From Candidatus Woesearchaeota archaeon (GTDB lineage: Archaea; Nanobdellota; Nanobdellia; SCGC-AAA011-G17; PNOQ01), in contig CAZPJW010000003.1 of the NCBI GenBank assembly GCA_964587005.1, positions 6,392-70,391 of the forward strand: a stretch of 64,000 nucleotides of DNA, in the 5' to 3' direction. A program made the translations under genes and the position numbers. Positions 60,624 to 64,000 of the stretch are shown one piece after another. The notes under the pieces were generated by a model. That model was given only the letters and a program-made list of their open reading frames with translations, did no database searches and was not told the origin of the DNA. Every line of letters begins with the position of its first letter. Within the stretch, counting starts at the first letter, position 1.

Positions 60624-61343
60624 ATGCAACAAGAATCTGTTCAACATCAAATGATGGGATATGACCGTGCGAGTACTATGTTTAGTCCCGACGGTAGGTT
60701 ATTACAAGTAGAATATGCAAAAAAAACTGTTAAGCAAGGAACTCCGGTGTTAGGAGTAGTTTGTAAAGATGGAGTTGTTTTAGTAGCCGATAAGAGGGTT
60801 ATTGATAAATTAATGGTTGTCGATAGCGTTGAAAAAGTTTTTCAAATAGATGAGCACATTGCTGCAGCTGCATCAGGAATTATGAGTGATGCAAGAATTT
60901 TAATTGAAAAAGCTCAAGTAATGGCACAACAACATAGAGTTACTTATGATGAGGCAATGGAACCTGCTTCTTTGGTAAAAGAAATTTCAAATTTAAAGCA
61001 AGCATACACACAATATGGTGGTGCTAGACCCTTTGGTGTTTCTTTATTGATTGCAGGATGTAATGATGAACCTAGATTGTTTTTAACCGATCCTACTGGA
61101 ATTCAATGGGAGTATAAAGCAACTGCTATTGGAGAATATGAAGATGAATTGAAAGCAATTTTAGCTAAAACATACAAAGAGAATATTAGTGTTGAAGAAG
61201 GTGTAAAACTAGGATTGAATGCTATAAAGTCTGTTTTGGGAAAAGATTTCAATTTGGATAGATTGGACGGTGCGTATATAAAAATGAGTGATAAGAAATT
61301 TAAGAGGTTAAATAAAGATCACTTGAAAAAAATAATAAAATGA
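60624..61343 (+). CDS. psmA: Proteasome subunit alpha
   Basis: GYDRASTMFSPDGRLLQVEYA α-subunit N-terminal signature; 239 aa. Confidence 0.9.
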   Translation: MQQESVQHQMMGYDRASTMFSPDGRLLQVEYAKKTVKQGTPVLGVVCKDGVVLVADKRVIDKLMVVDSVEKVFQIDEHIAAAASGIMSDARILIEKAQVMAQQHRVTYDEAMEPASLVKEISNLKQAYTQYGGARPFGVSLLIAGCNDEPRLFLTDPTGIQWEYKATAIGEYEDELKAILAKTYKENISVEEGVKLGLNAIKSVLGKDFNLDRLDGAYIKMSDKKFKRLNKDHLKKIIK

Positions 61344-62026
61344 ATGTTGAGAACTCGGTAATAGCAAGAATGAAGAAAGGAGACCAGAATTTTGAGATTT
61401 TGGTTGACTGCGAAAATGCGATGGCATTTAAGAGGGGCAAGAGCACATTAGATGAAACTTTAATTAGCGAGGATATTTTTAAAGATTCTAAGAAGGGAGA
61501 GCACGCTTCAGAAAATGACTTGAAAACTTTATTTGGCACAGAAAATAAGAGAGAAGTTGCTGAAAAAATTTTGAAGAATGGAGAAGTGCAGTTAACTGTA
61601 GAATATAAAAATAGATTAAGAGAGGAGAAAAAGAAAAAAATTGCCTTTTTGATCTCACAATATGCTGTTAATCCTCAAAATAATTTGCCCCACCCTTTGG
61701 AAAGAATAGAAAGTGCAATGGATGAAAAGAAGGTTAAGATTGAAGAATTTAAATCTGCTGAAGGGCAAGTTGAAAATGTTGTTGCTGAGTTAAGAGAAAT
61801 ATTGCCAATCTCTTATGAAACGAAAAGACTTAATTTAATAATTCCTGCCGAGGCTTCAGGAAGGAGTTTTGGAATTATAAAAAAATATGGCAAAATAATG
61901 AAAGAAAACTGGTTAAGTGACGGTAGCTTGTCAGTAGATATAGAAGTCCCTGCAGGTTTGCAGGCGGGCTTATTTGATGATTTAAACGATATAGCTCACG
62001 GAAGAGTTGAGTCGAAGGAGATTTAA
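61340..62026 (+). CDS. sdo1: SBDS-family ribosome maturation protein
   Basis: VIARMKKGDQNFEILVD...ISEDIFKDSKKGEHASENDLKTLFGTENKREVAEKILKNGEVQLT matches the SBDS N-domain. Confidence 0.8.
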   Translation: MNVENSVIARMKKGDQNFEILVDCENAMAFKRGKSTLDETLISEDIFKDSKKGEHASENDLKTLFGTENKREVAEKILKNGEVQLTVEYKNRLREEKKKKIAFLISQYAVNPQNNLPHPLERIESAMDEKKVKIEEFKSAEGQVENVVAELREILPISYETKRLNLIIPAEASGRSFGIIKKYGKIMKENWLSDGSLSVDIEVPAGLQAGLFDDLNDIAHGRVESKEI

Positions 62027-62031
62027 GAAAA

Positions 62032-62718
62032 ATGGGAAAAATATTAGTAAAAGAAAGACAGCTTGTCATTCCAGGAGAAGAGCTGGCAGAAGGAATAGAT
62101 TATTTACCTGGAGATGGAGCTTTTAGAGAAGATGATAAAATTTATTCTTTGAAAGTAGGATTAGCACATCTTGATAATAGATTAATGAAAGTTATTCCAT
62201 TAGGCGGAAAATATTTGCCTAAAGAAGGAGATGTTGTTATAGGAAAAGTAGTAGATATTACAATGCACGGATGGAGGATGGACTTTGGTTGGCCTTTCTT
62301 TGCAACAATTATGCTTAGAGAAGGTAGCAGAGAGTTTATTCCAAACGGAGCGGACTTAACCCAATATTATGATTTTGGAGATTATCTTGCTTTTAAAATA
62401 ATAAAAGTGAGTGGTTCTAAGATTTTGGATGGGAGTATGAAAGTTCCTGGTGCAAGAAAATTAACCAATGGAAGAATGATTGAAGTTCAACCAACGAGAG
62501 TTCCAAGAATTATTGGAAAACAAGGCAGTATGATATCTTTAATTAAAGATGCTACTGGATGTTTTATTGTTGTTGGACAAAATGGTTATGTGTGGGTCTC
62601 AGGAGGAGAACCTGAAAAACAACTTTTAGCAATTAGAGCTATTCAGCTTGTTGAGAAGGAAGCCCACGGAGAAGGATTGACTGACAAGATTAGTAAATTC
62701 TTAAAGGAGAATAGTTAA
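62032..62718 (+). CDS. rrp4: Exosome complex RNA-binding protein Rrp4 (S1 plus KH)
   Basis: LVIPGEELAEG...VVIGKVVDITMHGWRMD (S1), then a KH-like GKQGSMISLIKDATGC. Confidence 0.85.
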   Translation: MGKILVKERQLVIPGEELAEGIDYLPGDGAFREDDKIYSLKVGLAHLDNRLMKVIPLGGKYLPKEGDVVIGKVVDITMHGWRMDFGWPFFATIMLREGSREFIPNGADLTQYYDFGDYLAFKIIKVSGSKILDGSMKVPGARKLTNGRMIEVQPTRVPRIIGKQGSMISLIKDATGCFIVVGQNGYVWVSGGEPEKQLLAIRAIQLVEKEAHGEGLTDKISKFLKENS

Positions 62719-62719
62719 A

Positions 62720-63427
62720 ATGGCTTATACAAAACGATTTGACGGAAGAAAATTTGATGAAATAAGAGCGATGGATGCTAAAGTTGGTGTCATAGATCGA
62801 GCTATTGGCAGTGCCATGTTTAAAATGGGAAATACCATTGCTTATGCTGCGGTTTATGGGCCAAGAGATTTGTTTCCAAGTTTTTTACAAAATTCAAGTA
62901 GGGGAGTTTTAAGATGTTATTATGACATGTGGAGCTTCTCTGTTACAGATAGAAAGAGACCTGGTCCAACCAGAAGAAGTACAGAGATTTCAAAAGTTTC
63001 TGAAGCTGCTTTGTTTCCAGCATTAAAGTTGGGAGCATTCGCTAATACAACTTTTGATGTGTACATAAACATTACACAAGCTGATGCAGGTACAAGAACT
63101 GCAGGAATTAATGCTGCGGCTTTGGCTTTGGCTGATGCGGGTGTGCCAATGGAAGATTTGGTTTGTAGTGTTGCGGTTGGAAAGGTTGGAGATAAAATTT
63201 GCGTTGATTTGGACAAAGAGGAAGAGGATTTTGAAGAGGGAGCTACAGATTTACCTGTTGCTATCATGCCAAGATCTGGTAAAATAACTCTTTTACAAAT
63301 GGATGGAAATATGACCCCGAAAGAGATTAAGGAAGCTTTGACTATGGCTAAAAAAGCGATGGAAAAAGTAAAGAAAGTTCAAGTGAAAGCCTTAAGAGAT
63401 AAGTATAAGGGGGAGGACAAAAAATGA
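62720..63427 (+). CDS. rrp41: Exosome complex exonuclease Rrp41 (RNase PH-like)
   Basis: RFDGRKFDEIRAMDAKVGVIDRAIGSAMFKMGNTIAYAAVYGPRD; RNase PH fold. Confidence 0.85.
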   Translation: MAYTKRFDGRKFDEIRAMDAKVGVIDRAIGSAMFKMGNTIAYAAVYGPRDLFPSFLQNSSRGVLRCYYDMWSFSVTDRKRPGPTRRSTEISKVSEAALFPALKLGAFANTTFDVYINITQADAGTRTAGINAAALALADAGVPMEDLVCSVAVGKVGDKICVDLDKEEEDFEEGATDLPVAIMPRSGKITLLQMDGNMTPKEIKEALTMAKKAMEKVKKVQVKALRDKYKGEDKK

Positions 63428-64000
63428 ATACTGAAATAAAAGCATTGGCAGAGAAAGGACATAGAGTTGATGGTAGAAAATTTGATGAGTTAAGAAAACC
63501 TATTAAAATCGAAACCGGAATTTCTAATAAAGCAGAGGGCTCTGCAAGAGTTACTTGGGGGAACACAGTTGTTCTTGCTGGTATTAAAATGAATGTTGGA
63601 ACTCCTTACCCAGATAGCCAAGACCAAGGTGTTTTGATTACTGGTGCTGAATTGAGTCCTATGTCTGACCCAAGATTCTTACCTGGACCACCTGGACCTG
63701 AAGCTATTGAATTAGCTAGGATTATTGATAGAGGTGTCAGGGAAAGTAAGATGATCGATATGAAGAAACTCTGTGTTAGAGAAGGAGAATTGGTCTGGAC
63801 AGTCTTTTTAGATATATACCCAATAAATAATGATGGTAACTTAATTGATGCTGCCGCTTTGGCTGCTGTTGCTGCATTAAAGAGCGCGGTATTTCCTAAA
63901 TTAGATGGAGACAAAGTTCTTTTTGGAGAATTTACAAAGACAAAGATACCTTTGAAATTGCTTCCAATAACATGTACACTTGCTAAATTAGGAAACAAAA
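63424..64000 (+). CDS. rrp42: Exosome complex component Rrp42 (RNase PH-like), 5' partial running off the window end
   Basis: Hand translation from the ATG at 63424 (ATGA overlap with rrp41) gives MNTEIKALAEKGHRVDGRKFDELRKPIKIETGISNKAEGSARVTWGNTVVLAGIKM...; it continues beyond 64000 and is absent from the ORF track because there is no stop in the window. Confidence 0.8.
   Translation, partial: MNTEIKALAEKGHRVDGRKFDELRKPIKIETGISNKAEGSARVTWGNTVVLAGIKMNVGTPYPDSQDQGVLITGAELSPMSDPRFLPGPPGPEAIELARIIDRGVRESKMIDMKKLCVREGELVWTVFLDIYPINNDGNLIDAAALAAVAALKSAVFPKLDGDKVLFGEFTKTKIPLKLLPITCTLAKLGNK

Noticed and set aside
63606-63998. 130-aa minus-strand ORF at the window end
   Set aside because: It lies entirely antisense within the clearly conserved rrp42 reading frame.

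Overview
This is an AT-rich archaeal chromosomal segment, most likely from a small-genome DPANN-type archaeon. Nearly every gene points that way: L7Ae–S28e–L24e, S24e–S27ae–Spt4–RpoE', aIF2γ, aIF5B, S6e, L10e, L35Ae, archaeal GluRS and TyrRS. The exosome/RNase P/proteasome superoperon is present (Rpp30, Pop5, PsmA, SBDS, Rrp4, Rrp41, partial Rrp42). Housekeeping genes include gyrB/gyrA, adk, tmk, pyrH, PEP synthase, cysteine desulfurase, one tRNA-Val and the NcsA/SAMP/E1 tRNA-thiolation set. Several accessory, compositionally distinct genes are scattered through this core.

The most striking one (20.8–23.0 kb) is a radical SAM/SPASM enzyme whose stop codon overlaps the start of the first of three tandem paralogous small ORFs. 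These share a leader-like N-terminus and His/Tyr-Thr/Ser-Asp/Glu repeat cores, so this looks like a candidate undescribed RiPP system, possibly cyclophane-type or metal-binding.

Other notable calls:
- A bacterial-type lipoprotein pathway (Lgt, LspA and several lipobox proteins).
- A GGDEF-domain protein.
- An endonuclease IV-like TIM barrel split by a roughly 300-aa coiled-coil insertion, start-coupled to a 505-aa unknown.
- A free-standing LAGLIDADG endonuclease overlapping the gyrB start.
- An HslV-like, propeptide-less proteasome β homolog.
- Two paralogous minimal-nucleotidyltransferase/HEPN-like proteins.
- A NUMOD-repeat plus PD-(D/E)xK nuclease-like protein.

All calls rest on reading the translations. 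No database search was possible.
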